This document shows, one piece after another, positions 27,897-40,902 of a stretch of 64,000 nucleotides of DNA (its first letter is position 1; every line of letters starts with the position of its first letter). The notes under the pieces are model-generated. The model had not been told where the DNA came from and searched no databases. It was given only the letters and a program-made list of their open reading frames with translations. Where the stretch lies: contig JAPPEG010000314.1 in the NCBI GenBank assembly GCA_028875345.1, positions 6,505-70,504 of the forward strand. Direction: 5' to 3'. This stretch comes from Gemmatimonadota bacterium. GTDB lineage: Bacteria > Latescibacterota > UBA2968 > UBA8231. The translations under genes and the position numbers were made by a program.

Positions 27897-28982
27897 TCAG
27901 TTCGTCTGCATGCGTTGGGCTAGCTTGACCTGGCGCTTGGCGCGCTCGTGTTCCCTGTTGGTGCGGCTGAAGATGTGGGTGCCGTCGCCGCGGGCGACGA
28001 AGTAGAGATACTCGGTTTCCTCGGGATAGAGCACGGAGAGGAGAGCCGTGCGGCCGGGATTGCTGATGGGGCCGGGGGGCAGACCTTGGTAGCGATACGT
28101 ATTGAAGGGCGAATCCACCTCCAAGTCGGCATAAGTCAGCCGCTTCTTGTTCGTGCCGAGAGCATAGTTGACCGTCGCGCAGGATTCGAGGCGGCGGTTG
28201 AGCTTGAGGCGGCGTTGGAAGACGCCGGAGATAATGGGCTGCTCCTCAACGGCCACAGCTTCGCGCTCGACGATTGAGGCCAGCGTCACAGCTTCGTGCA
28301 GCGAGAGGCCGATTTCCTTGAGCCGCTGGTGCAGAGAGTCGGCGAATACGCGGTGGAATTGGTCAACCATGAGAGAGGCGATGGTATGTTCATCGGTGTT
28401 TAGGTCGAAGAAGTACGTCTCGGGGAAGAGGTAGCCTTCGAGACTAGGCGCAACTACGCCGAGTTGGCGGATGAGGTGCGGGTCTTCGGTGGCAGCAATA
28501 AAGCGCGCTGAATCCGCTACACCTGCGGCCTGTAGGTGGGCCGCGATCTGGTGGCGATTCAGGCCCTCGGGGATTGTCGCCGGCTGAGTTTGGATAGGGG
28601 CCTTGAGCAGGGATTGGACAATGGCGGCTGTCGTGCCATTGCCGTCGAGTTGATAGGTGCCCGCCTTGAGCTGATGACCGAGACCTTTGAGTCGGACGGT
28701 CCAGACAAAGACGTGCGCGTTGCGGATTAGGTTTTCCCGCTCTAGCAACTGGCCGATCCAGCGGGCGTTCGCACCTTGGGGGATGTGAATTTGCCGTGCT
28801 GGGTATTCGTAGGTCGGTTGGTTCAAATACCACAGCGCCCCAAGCGGCAACGCCGCTCCCACCAATGCGATGGCCGCGACGAGTAAGAGCGCACGGAACC
28901 AATATGCAGACTTGGCTTGAGTTGACATACTGTCGGCCTTACCTAAAAAAAGTGATTCGGGTGTGCCGAGCTTCGCACCCAT
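27897..28982 (-). CDS. mltG: Endolytic murein transglycosylase MltG (YceG-like)
   Basis: An N-terminal TM segment (FRALLLVAAIALVGAAL) and the signature LEGYLFPETYFF. An alternative ATG at 28928 (MSTQAKS..) is at least as plausible as the GTG at 28982. Confidence 0.8.
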   Translation of the reverse strand: MGAKLGTPESLFLGKADSMSTQAKSAYWFRALLLVAAIALVGAALPLGALWYLNQPTYEYPARQIHIPQGANARWIGQLLERENLIRNAHVFVWTVRLKGLGHQLKAGTYQLDGNGTTAAIVQSLLKAPIQTQPATIPEGLNRHQIAAHLQAAGVADSARFIAATEDPHLIRQLGVVAPSLEGYLFPETYFFDLNTDEHTIASLMVDQFHRVFADSLHQRLKEIGLSLHEAVTLASIVEREAVAVEEQPIISGVFQRRLKLNRRLESCATVNYALGTNKKRLTYADLEVDSPFNTYRYQGLPPGPISNPGRTALLSVLYPEETEYLYFVARGDGTHIFSRTNREHERAKRQVKLAQRMQTN

Positions 28983-29112
28983 CCATACAGAGGACGGGAG
29001 CTGTGGACTTGAAATTTAGCGCAAAACTTATGGTTCGGGAATTTTTTTACAACCGAGACTGAAATCGCAAATCTATAAGAAAAGACAGCCAGTGTCAATC
29101 TGCATCGCTTTC

Positions 29113-29140
29113 TTGACGCTAGCTGGGAATCGGTTAATTT
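29113..29140 (+). promoter_or_regulatory. Sigma-70-type promoter of the ABC-2 transporter operon
   Basis: TTGACG-N16-TAATTT. Confidence 0.45.
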
Positions 29141-29211
29141 TTCAACTTTTTGTCTTATTGCCTCAACGCGCCCGGCCTTGCGGCTACAGGAGATTTCCGT
29201 TGGACCCCCAA

Positions 29212-30153
29212 GTGCTCATCAGTATCTCGCAGCTTTCCCACGTCTACGCAGATAGGCGCAAGAAGGCGGATCATCGCGCACTCCATGAGATCAATCTCGA
29301 TATCCACTATGGGGAGACAATGGCCCTGTTGGGGCCTAATGGCAGTGGTAAATCTACCCTTCTGCGCGTGCTGACCACCGCGCTGGTACCCACCTCAGGA
29401 GCGGTACGAGTCGGCGGCGTACTCTTGGGGCATGATCCGTCGGCAGTGCGCCGTCAGTTGGGAGTCGTCTTTCAAAATCCCGCGCTCGACGGGAAAATGA
29501 CGGTTGGCGAAAACTTGCGGATGGCGGGTTTGCTCTACGGCATGGGCCGTCGCGCCGTGAACCAGCGCAGCCAACAGTTGCTAGAGGTTGTCGGCTTGTG
29601 GGAGCGGCGCAACGAGCGGGTGGAGAAGTTGTCTGGGGGCATGCGGCGGCGCGTCGAATTGGCCAAGGCGCTGCTGCCAACGCCAGCTATTCTCGTACTC
29701 GACGAGCCGACGACCGGGTTGGATCCAGTGGCGCGCCAGGATTTTTGGAACCAAGTGGAGGAACTCAAAGCGGACGAACAACTCACGGTCGTGGTCTCGA
29801 CCCACCTCTTGGACGAGGCCGAGCGTGCGGACCGAGTCGCTATTTTGCACAAAGGACAGCTACTCGTCTGTGATCCCCCAAGGGTCTTGCAGCGCCAATT
29901 GGGGCGCGAAATTCTCACGTTGTGCAGCGACGATGCAGCCGCGCTGCAAGCCGCACTGCGCAGCGACATGGGCCTAGAGGGACAAGTCGTCGATCAAGAC
30001 CTGCGCGTTCCGCTCAAAAGCGACATCAGTCTCGACGAGGTATTCCAGCGCTTCGGCTCCCAGATCCGCTCGCTGTCTTTGGCCCCTCCCTCGCTCGACG
30101 ATGTGTTCGTGCGCCACACTGGCCAGCATCTCGAGGAAGGGAACGCCGCTTGA
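29212..30153 (+). CDS. ABC transporter ATP-binding protein (ABC-2 exporter type)
   Basis: Walker A GPNGSGKST, signature LSGGMRRRV, Walker B ILVLDEPT. I prefer the GTG at 29212 because a TTGACG-N16-TAATTT promoter at 29113-29140 lies inside the longer track ORF (29092). Confidence 0.8.
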   Translation: MLISISQLSHVYADRRKKADHRALHEINLDIHYGETMALLGPNGSGKSTLLRVLTTALVPTSGAVRVGGVLLGHDPSAVRRQLGVVFQNPALDGKMTVGENLRMAGLLYGMGRRAVNQRSQQLLEVVGLWERRNERVEKLSGGMRRRVELAKALLPTPAILVLDEPTTGLDPVARQDFWNQVEELKADEQLTVVVSTHLLDEAERADRVAILHKGQLLVCDPPRVLQRQLGREILTLCSDDAAALQAALRSDMGLEGQVVDQDLRVPLKSDISLDEVFQRFGSQIRSLSLAPPSLDDVFVRHTGQHLEEGNAA

Positions 30154-30914
30154 ACGGCGTCTGGATTCTAGCCCAGCGCGAAGTGCTGCGCTTTTTGCGC
30201 CAGCCTTCGCGGCTTTTGGGGAGCTTGGTGCAGCCGCTGATGCTGTGGTTTTTCATGGGCTCGGGTTTTGCCGATAGCTTCATCAGCAGAAGCAGCGAGC
30301 TGAGCTACGGAGAATTCTTCTATCCGGGCATCGTGCTGATGCTCCTGCTCTTCGCGGCGATTTTTTCCACCATTACTCTCATCGAAGACCGCAGCGTCGG
30401 CTTTTTGCAAGGCGTGCTAGTAGCCCCAGTGCCGCGCCTGAGTATAGCGCTAGGCAAGCTGGTCGGCGGTACGCTTATCGCCCTCTCACAGGTGCTTGTA
30501 TTTTTGCTGCTGGCACCAGTGGCTGGCATTGCCTTGGCAGTGGAGATGGTCCTGGCGCTCTTGGCCCTCTGCACGCTGATTGGCATGGGCTTCACGGGCT
30601 TGGGCTTCATGGTCGCATGGAAGCTGGATTCAGTGGCAGGCTACCATTCGGTGATGAGCGTCGTTCTCATCCCCTTGTGGTTTCTTTCTGGCGCACTCTT
30701 TCCCATTGAAGGAGCTGCTCCTTGGCTCGAGTGGGTGATGCAGTGCAATCCCGTGACTTACGCACTGGTAGTTTTGCGGAAGGCTTTCTACTTGGTGCCG
30801 GCTCAACTGATAGCCGACGCGGCGTTTATGCATGCCCTGCTGATCACCGGCGGCTGGACGGTGCTGACGACCGCAGGGGCCGCTTGGATGGTGGCCCGCA
30901 GTCGCAGTTCCTGA
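30150..30914 (+). CDS. ABC-2 type transporter permease
   Basis: The TTG at 30150 overlaps the ATPase stop (TTGA). It has six hydrophobic segments and an N-terminus ILAQREVLRFLRQPSRL typical of ABC-2 permeases. The upstream part of the track ORF is Arg-rich out-of-frame overlap. Confidence 0.75.
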   Translation: MNGVWILAQREVLRFLRQPSRLLGSLVQPLMLWFFMGSGFADSFISRSSELSYGEFFYPGIVLMLLLFAAIFSTITLIEDRSVGFLQGVLVAPVPRLSIALGKLVGGTLIALSQVLVFLLLAPVAGIALAVEMVLALLALCTLIGMGFTGLGFMVAWKLDSVAGYHSVMSVVLIPLWFLSGALFPIEGAAPWLEWVMQCNPVTYALVVLRKAFYLVPAQLIADAAFMHALLITGGWTVLTTAGAAWMVARSRSS

Positions 30915-30916
30915 TT

Positions 30917-31330
30917 TTAGAGCCGGTAGAGCATCAGATAGACCACCACGCCGCTAACCGAGACAAAGATCCACACCGGCCAGACCCAGCGGGCCAACCG
31001 ACGGTGGCGGGCGAAATCTTGGTTGTAAGCGCGCCAGACGACGAGAGCTACAAAAGGGGCCATTATTGCCGCGAGGATGATGTGGGGTATGAGCACGGCG
31101 AAGTACAGGAGTCGGGTCCAGTCGTGGTGGGGATAGGGTACCGAACCTACCTGAACGTGGTAAACCAAATACGAACATAGGAAGAGCGCGGAGCAGGTGA
31201 GGGCGGCTAGCATGGACTTTTGGTGGGCTTGGCGCGCACCGCGACGGATCTGCAGGTAGCCACGCATGAGCAGGAATACGCACAAGATGTTGAGGCCGGC
31301 GTTTAGCGTGGGAAGATCTGTAACAGACAC
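30917..31330 (-). CDS. DUF420-family membrane protein (CtaM-like)
   Basis: It is 137 aa with four TM segments. The pattern LNAGLNILCVFLLMRGYLQIRRG..HQKSMLAAL..FLCSYLVYH..HRRLARWVWPVWIFVSVSGVVVYLMLY matches my recollection of DUF420. Confidence 0.55.
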   Translation of the reverse strand: MSVTDLPTLNAGLNILCVFLLMRGYLQIRRGARQAHQKSMLAALTCSALFLCSYLVYHVQVGSVPYPHHDWTRLLYFAVLIPHIILAAIMAPFVALVVWRAYNQDFARHRRLARWVWPVWIFVSVSGVVVYLMLYRL

Positions 31331-31399
31331 AGGCTAGCAGGGAGGGGACCAATGCATAAACGCGAGCTGACGACTAGTGCGCAAGCCCGCGTTGTGTCG

Positions 31400-31475
31400 T
31401 GGAGCCGCCACCCGGACTCGAACCGGGGACCTACTCATTACGAGTGAGTTGCTCTACCAGCTGAGCTATGGCGGC
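31400..31475 (-). tRNA. tRNA-Thr (anticodon CGU), CCA encoded
   Basis: The reverse complement folds as a canonical cloverleaf. Acceptor GCCGCCA/TGGCGGC, D-stem GCTC/GAGC, anticodon stem ACTCA/TGAGT with loop CTCGTAA, T-stem CCCGG/CCGGG with loop TTCGAGT, discriminator T and CCA. Confidence 0.9.
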
Positions 31476-31543
31476 TATGCTGTGCAATAGAAACTAGGTG
31501 GAGCTAGTTACGGTGTCAAGAACAGCTTCGGTTTGCGTCGCTA

Positions 31544-32758
31544 TTAAAAGAAATTGAACAGCTTGCCCAGCGCATGGGCAAAGCCATTGCGAGGCCGGTC
31601 GGCCTCGTGCGACTCGACGGGAGCACTGTGTTCGTTGGCGACAAAGCGCAACAGGCCGATCGCGGTAGCATAGCTTGGGTCACTGACCTCGGTGGGGGCG
31701 ATTGCGTTTTGGGGGACGCCAATGCGGACTTGGTGGCCGAGCACCTCCTCGGCGAGTGGCGCGACCTGGTCGAGCAAGGCCCCGCCGCCGGTGAGGACGA
31801 TGCCAGCGGCTAAGCGGTCGTTGTAGGAACTGTTGATGAGGGCTTGGCGCACGTATTCAAAAATCTCGCGCTGTCGCGCTTCAATGACCGCGCTGACCTG
31901 CTGCTTAGTTAAGGTACAGGTGCGGCCGGCGGTCGTGTGGTACGTGACAGTCTCGTCGCCGTCTTCCCCGGGACAGCTAACGCTGCCAAAGCGGGATTTG
32001 AGCTTCTCGGCTTCGCGGATGGGGATGCTTAAGACGACCGAGAGATCGCGCGTTATATCGTCGCCCCCCAGCGGAATTTCCTCTAGGTGCCGCATCGGAC
32101 CTAGGAACACGGCGAGATCGCAGGTGCCAGCGCCGAGATCGAGCAAGGCCACACCCATGTCGCGCTCGTCTTGGGACAAGGTAGCATGGGCCACGCCCAC
32201 GCTTTCGAGGACGACGCCGACGATTTCAACGCCGGCTTTGGAAGCCGCGTGGCGGAAGGCCGTGCATAGATGCTCGGCCACGGAAACGGTCAATAACTCG
32301 ATTGATAGGCGATTGCCGTGCAGCCAGAGCGGGTTTTGTACTGGCTCGCCATCGACGGCATAGCTTTGGACGAAGCGGTGCATCACCATCTGGTCCTCGG
32401 CGACTTGTTCCTGCGCGACGGCAAGTAGAGCGCGGTCCCGATCCTCTTCGGAGATAGGGTTGGAGGCACCCGAGATGCCCACTGTGCTGTAATTCGTCTG
32501 GGTGTTGATGCCTTCGCCGGCCATGCCGAGATAGGCTCCAGCGATTTTGAGGCCAGTCGAGCGTTCAGCTTCAGTGAGGGCCGCGTGGATGGACTCTGCT
32601 ACTTGGGGCATGTCGATGACGGCGCTGCGGCGCAGACCCGTGCAGGGGCTTTGCCCCAAGCCCAAAATTTTGACTTGGGAATTGTTTTGCACCTCGCCGA
32701 CTAGGCATAGAACTTTTGAGGCACCAACATCGAGAACGACGATGGGGGATCCAGCCAT
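31544..32758 (-). CDS. ftsA: Cell division protein FtsA
   Basis: An actin-like ATPase. N-terminus IVVLDVGASKVLCLVGEV..ILGLGQSPCTGLRRSAVIDM, nucleotide-binding block LDLGAGTCDLAVF, and a C-terminal amphipathic helix GFAHALGKLFNFF. Confidence 0.8.
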   Translation of the reverse strand: MAGSPIVVLDVGASKVLCLVGEVQNNSQVKILGLGQSPCTGLRRSAVIDMPQVAESIHAALTEAERSTGLKIAGAYLGMAGEGINTQTNYSTVGISGASNPISEEDRDRALLAVAQEQVAEDQMVMHRFVQSYAVDGEPVQNPLWLHGNRLSIELLTVSVAEHLCTAFRHAASKAGVEIVGVVLESVGVAHATLSQDERDMGVALLDLGAGTCDLAVFLGPMRHLEEIPLGGDDITRDLSVVLSIPIREAEKLKSRFGSVSCPGEDGDETVTYHTTAGRTCTLTKQQVSAVIEARQREIFEYVRQALINSSYNDRLAAGIVLTGGGALLDQVAPLAEEVLGHQVRIGVPQNAIAPTEVSDPSYATAIGLLRFVANEHSAPVESHEADRPRNGFAHALGKLFNFF

Positions 32759-33017
32759 GGTTGGCGTCCCTTCTTTCTAAGCGCAGCCGCAAAATGCAGC
32801 GCAATAGGAGCAAGACGAGGACGTATTGGGAGGGGGAAAAAGCTACCGCCTAGCGGTAAAGATGCGACGGGTTGGGGTACCCGACCCCTAAGTACCAGTG
32901 TTTACAACGCCAGACAAAGGGGGAAGTCGGTCTGCCGTAAACACTTTAATAGTTAAGGATATGGAAGAATAGGAAAGCCGCCGGAGAAAGTCAAGCCCGA
33001 CGGGGGCTAGGCTGGCC

Positions 33018-33046
33018 TTGACTGGGCTAAGGCTTACGCCTAAGAT
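33018..33046 (+). promoter_or_regulatory. Sigma-70-type promoter of ssb
   Basis: TTGACT-N17-TAAGAT, about 68 nt upstream of the ssb ATG. Confidence 0.5.
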
Positions 33047-33113
33047 AAGCAAAATTGCGAACATTAATGAGTGCGCTCGCGCTTGCGACGCGCTCGCAGA
33101 AAGGAGCGAATAT

Positions 33114-33590
33114 ATGGCTCGTGGGGTAAACAAAGTAATCTTGATCGGCAATTTGGGCAGCGACCCCGAAGTGCGCTACACGCCGGACGGAGTGCCCGTA
33201 GCCAATTTTAACTTGGCCACCTCTGAAAGCTGGAACGACCGCAATACGGGCGAGCGCCAGGAACGAACCGAATGGCATCGGCTCGTGCTCTGGCGCAAGC
33301 TGGCCGAGATCGCCGGACAGTACCTCAAAAAGGGTGCTAGGATCTATGTCGAGGGCAAGCTACAAACGCGATCTTGGGACGACCAGAGTGGCCAGAAGCG
33401 CTATACGACTGAGATTGTGGTCAACGACATGCAGATGCTCGATTCTCGCGGCGAGGGAGGCGGTAGTGGCAGTGGCGGTAGAGATGCGGACTACTCCGAC
33501 CGGCCAGCTAGCGGGCAAAACTTTGGTCCGGCCGCCCAGCCGGCTGCGCCCCCGCCGCCGGCTGGCGACGACGACGATCTGCCGTTCTAA
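33114..33590 (+). CDS. ssb: Single-stranded DNA-binding protein
   Basis: AAGGAG at 33101-33106 lies 7 nt before the ATG. The OB-fold is [49 protein letters not shown]. It has a Gly-rich linker and an acidic tip DDDDLPF. Confidence 0.9.
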   Translation: MARGVNKVILIGNLGSDPEVRYTPDGVPVANFNLATSESWNDRNTGERQERTEWHRLVLWRKLAEIAGQYLKKGARIYVEGKLQTRSWDDQSGQKRYTTEIVVNDMQMLDSRGEGGGSGSGGRDADYSDRPASGQNFGPAAQPAAPPPPAGDDDDLPF

Positions 33591-33592
33591 GT

Positions 33593-34439
33593 TTGGCGGG
33601 CAGCTTCTTTCACTTGTGGCTGGCCGAGCGGGTCTTTCCCCTAGTTTTTGGCGATTGCGCGGACGAAGGAAAGATGCAGGCGGCCTTTGCTGCCGGGTCT
33701 GTAGGCCCGGATATCGGTTTTTTTCCCGGTGGTCCGGCGGCCTTATCGCACCGCGCACATCTGGAGCGCTGCGGCGATTTTTTGCGCGCCCTTATTCAAG
33801 GGGCCGCCAGCGCTAACGAGCGGGCGTTTGCTGCGGGTTGGGGACTGCACGTCTATGCGGATATGGCCGTACATCCTTGGGTCGAAGCCCGCGTAGCCGC
33901 CTTGATCCGCGAGGGGACCCGGCCTGCCGTGCCTGATTTGTGGCACATGCGCTTGGAATGGGGGATTGATTGCCGCTTGCTGGCTAGCGCGGGAATGGAC
34001 GGGTTGTGGAGTGCGTGCTTGCACTTTCCCCGCCGCGCTGATGGCCGCAGCTTGCTAGGGGAAGTGGGGAAGGCTTTCTATGGTCGAGATGCCGATGAGA
34101 GCCTGCTGGAACTAGGGGAGGAGGCCACCGCCCTGTGGCTGCAGCGAATTCCCAAAATTCTCTGGTGGGGAGGACACATCCGCGTGGCCGGACGCCGCCC
34201 TAATCCCCTGTGTACATTGGCATTTGCCCATCTGGGGCGCAAGATCCTCGGAGATTGGCTCCAGCACTGGGTGCGCTTTAAGGATGGCGCGGCCCTAGCC
34301 CGTCCGCTGTTGCCTTCAGACCAAACCTACGAGCAGGTCGTCAAGCTGGGCGAGTCGGCAGTGGAACAGTTTTGTCGCGGGTTTGACGAGGGCTTCGCCC
34401 AGTTGGGCAATCCCGATTTATACACGGGCGAAACAGGCT

Positions 34440-34447
<8 letters not shown>
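33593..34447 (+). CDS. Hypothetical protein (possibly zinc-dependent phospholipase C-like fold)
   Basis: The TTG start lies 2 nt after the ssb stop. The N-terminal FFHLWLAE..GSVGPDIGFFPG..H pattern is reminiscent of the PLC/P1-nuclease-like family. The functional call is weak. Confidence 0.4.
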
Positions 34448-38702
<4,255 letters not shown>

Positions 38703-38711
38703 GGCCGCCTT

Positions 38712-39821
38712 ATGGAGCTTATGGATCTGCAAAAGTCAGGTTTGCTCTTGAGCGGTGCAATCTATGTGGGCAGCGTTCTCTGGCTGTGGCGCGGCTTGAG
38801 CGGGCGGCCTAGCCCGGCTTTAGTTAGTGATCAGCCCTCGGTCAGCGCCATCGTTGCCGCGCGCGACGAGGAGGAGACCTTGCCGCACTGCTTGGACGCG
38901 CTCGCGCGGCAGGACTATCAAGGCGCGTTTGAAGTGATCGTCGTAGATGACCGCTCGCGCGATCGAACTTGGGACATCATTGCCGCAAAGGCGGAGACTT
39001 GGCCGGCCCTCAAGGGCGTGCAGGCCACGCCAGACGGGTGGTTTAAGTGTCCGAAGAAAAGCGCTCTAGCCGAAGGGATTGCGGCGAGCACTGGGGAGAT
39101 CTTGCTCTTTACCGATGCGGATTGTCGCCCACCGGCAGATTGGGTACGCTCGATGGTGGCGCACTTTGCGCCGGAGGTTGGTTTAGTCGCCGGATATGCG
39201 CGGCCCGATCCGGTCTCTGGCGTGCTGGCCAAGGTTTTGGCCGTGGACAATATCGGAGTTGGGGCGCTGGGAGCGGGCAGCTTTGGCATGGGGCACCCGC
39301 TGTCGTGTACGGGCCGCAATTTGGGCTACCGCCGCCAAGTGTACGACGAACTGGACGGCTTCGCGCAAATCGGGCATCTGATCGGGGGCGATGATGTGTA
39401 CTTCATGCGTCTGTTGGGTGCCCAGAGCAAGTGGGCTATGGCGTTTAACCGCCAGACTGTCGTCCTTTCGCAGCAGCCGCCAGCTAAGTTCGCGGATGCG
39501 ATCCAGCAGAAGCTGCGGCACGCGTCCAAAGGAGGCCACTACAAGGGCCAAGCATTTTATTTGGCCGTAGGCGTCTATTTGTTCCACGGCTTTCTCGCTT
39601 GGGGGCTGGTGCAGATGCTCTGGACCCAAAGCTGGAATAGCTGGGTCGCGGGTGTGTGGTTTATGCGCTGGGCCGTTGACCTTTTGCTGCTCAAGCGGAT
39701 GGCCACGCCCGAGGAGGGTGCGCTCCTGCGCTATTTGCCACTAGCGGAAGTTTTATATATTCCCTATGTGCTAATTTTTACGGTCGTTGGCCGTTGGGGA
39801 TGGTTTCGCTGGAAAACCTGA
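38712..39821 (+). CDS. Membrane-embedded family-2 glycosyltransferase (variant QxxRH motif)
   Basis: N-terminal TM segment, VSAIVAARDEEETL..VIVVDDRSRDRT, TDADCRPP, GGDD. QKLRH replaces QxxRW. It has C-terminal TM segments. Confidence 0.75.
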   Translation: MELMDLQKSGLLLSGAIYVGSVLWLWRGLSGRPSPALVSDQPSVSAIVAARDEEETLPHCLDALARQDYQGAFEVIVVDDRSRDRTWDIIAAKAETWPALKGVQATPDGWFKCPKKSALAEGIAASTGEILLFTDADCRPPADWVRSMVAHFAPEVGLVAGYARPDPVSGVLAKVLAVDNIGVGALGAGSFGMGHPLSCTGRNLGYRRQVYDELDGFAQIGHLIGGDDVYFMRLLGAQSKWAMAFNRQTVVLSQQPPAKFADAIQQKLRHASKGGHYKGQAFYLAVGVYLFHGFLAWGLVQMLWTQSWNSWVAGVWFMRWAVDLLLLKRMATPEEGALLRYLPLAEVLYIPYVLIFTVVGRWGWFRWKT

Positions 39822-39834
39822 TAAAGGAGCTGAT

Positions 39835-40902
39835 TTGGCCTACCTAATCACGCCTAAAGCACTGCCGCGCTACGTTCGGCGCTACGCCCGCGCATTTTCC
39901 TGGAAGCGGCTGGGCAATTTTCTCGCTGTTTTGGCGTCCATGGGGCTGTCTTGGATGACCCGCCGACCTATCGTGTGGGGCCGTCCTTTTATGCTCATGG
40001 TCGAGCCGACCAACTTTTGCAACCTCAAGTGTCCCTTGTGTCCTTCAGGCAATGGCGAGATGCGTCGCCCCCGAGGCACTATGGGTTTGGAGGACTTCAA
40101 AAAGCTGGTTGACGAACTCGGCAGTGAGGTCTTTATGATGATGCTGTGGAACCAAGGCGAGCCATATATCAACAAGTGCTTCAACCAGATGGTGCGCTAC
40201 GCCAGCGACCGCGGCATCTTCACCTTCACCAGCACCAATGGCCACTTTGTTCGCAACCCAGAGCAGGCGCAGGACATTGTCGAGTCCGGGCTGGATGAGA
40301 TGATTGTCTCGCTGGACGGGGTTGACCAAGCCACGTACGAAAAATATCGAGTCGGCGGTCAGATTGAGCGCGTCTTTTCCGGGGTCCGCCTGCTGGTCGC
40401 AGCCAAAGAGGCGCTGGGGTCGCAGACGCCGCTGATCAACTTGCAATTCATCGTTATGAAACACAACGAGCGCGATCTGACCACGGCCGAAGCGCTGGCC
40501 AAGGACCTGCGCGTTGACAAGTTTTTGGTCAAGACCGCCCAGATTTACACGGATGCGGACGCCGAAGAGTTCTTACCTGAGAATGAACAGTACAGCCGCT
40601 ACGAGCGTGCGGAGGACGAACTGGTGGTCAAGGGGCAGCCTACGCGGGGTTGCAAGGTGCTGTGGTACAGCTCGATGGTCAATTGGAACGGAGCGGTCGC
40701 GCCCTGCTGTTTCGACAAGGACGTCGACTTTGGCATGGGGCAGGCCTTCAATGGCCGTTCTTTTGACGAGATCTGGCGCAGCCGGGCCTATATGGATTTT
40801 CGCCGTCAGGTTCTCGCCGACCGCAATAGCTTCGATATGTGCCGCAACTGTTCCGAAGGCTATCGCGGCATGTTCTCGCTGATCAAGGAAATTAAGGGCT
40901 AA
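39835..40902 (+). CDS. Radical SAM / SPASM-domain enzyme
   Basis: AAGGAG at 39824-39829 lies 5 nt before the TTG at 39835. CxxxCxxC cluster EPTNFCNLKCPLC. C-terminal SPASM-type cysteines CKVLW..NGAVAPCCFDKD..CRNC. Confidence 0.8.
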   Translation: MAYLITPKALPRYVRRYARAFSWKRLGNFLAVLASMGLSWMTRRPIVWGRPFMLMVEPTNFCNLKCPLCPSGNGEMRRPRGTMGLEDFKKLVDELGSEVFMMMLWNQGEPYINKCFNQMVRYASDRGIFTFTSTNGHFVRNPEQAQDIVESGLDEMIVSLDGVDQATYEKYRVGGQIERVFSGVRLLVAAKEALGSQTPLINLQFIVMKHNERDLTTAEALAKDLRVDKFLVKTAQIYTDADAEEFLPENEQYSRYERAEDELVVKGQPTRGCKVLWYSSMVNWNGAVAPCCFDKDVDFGMGQAFNGRSFDEIWRSRAYMDFRRQVLADRNSFDMCRNCSEGYRGMFSLIKEIKG

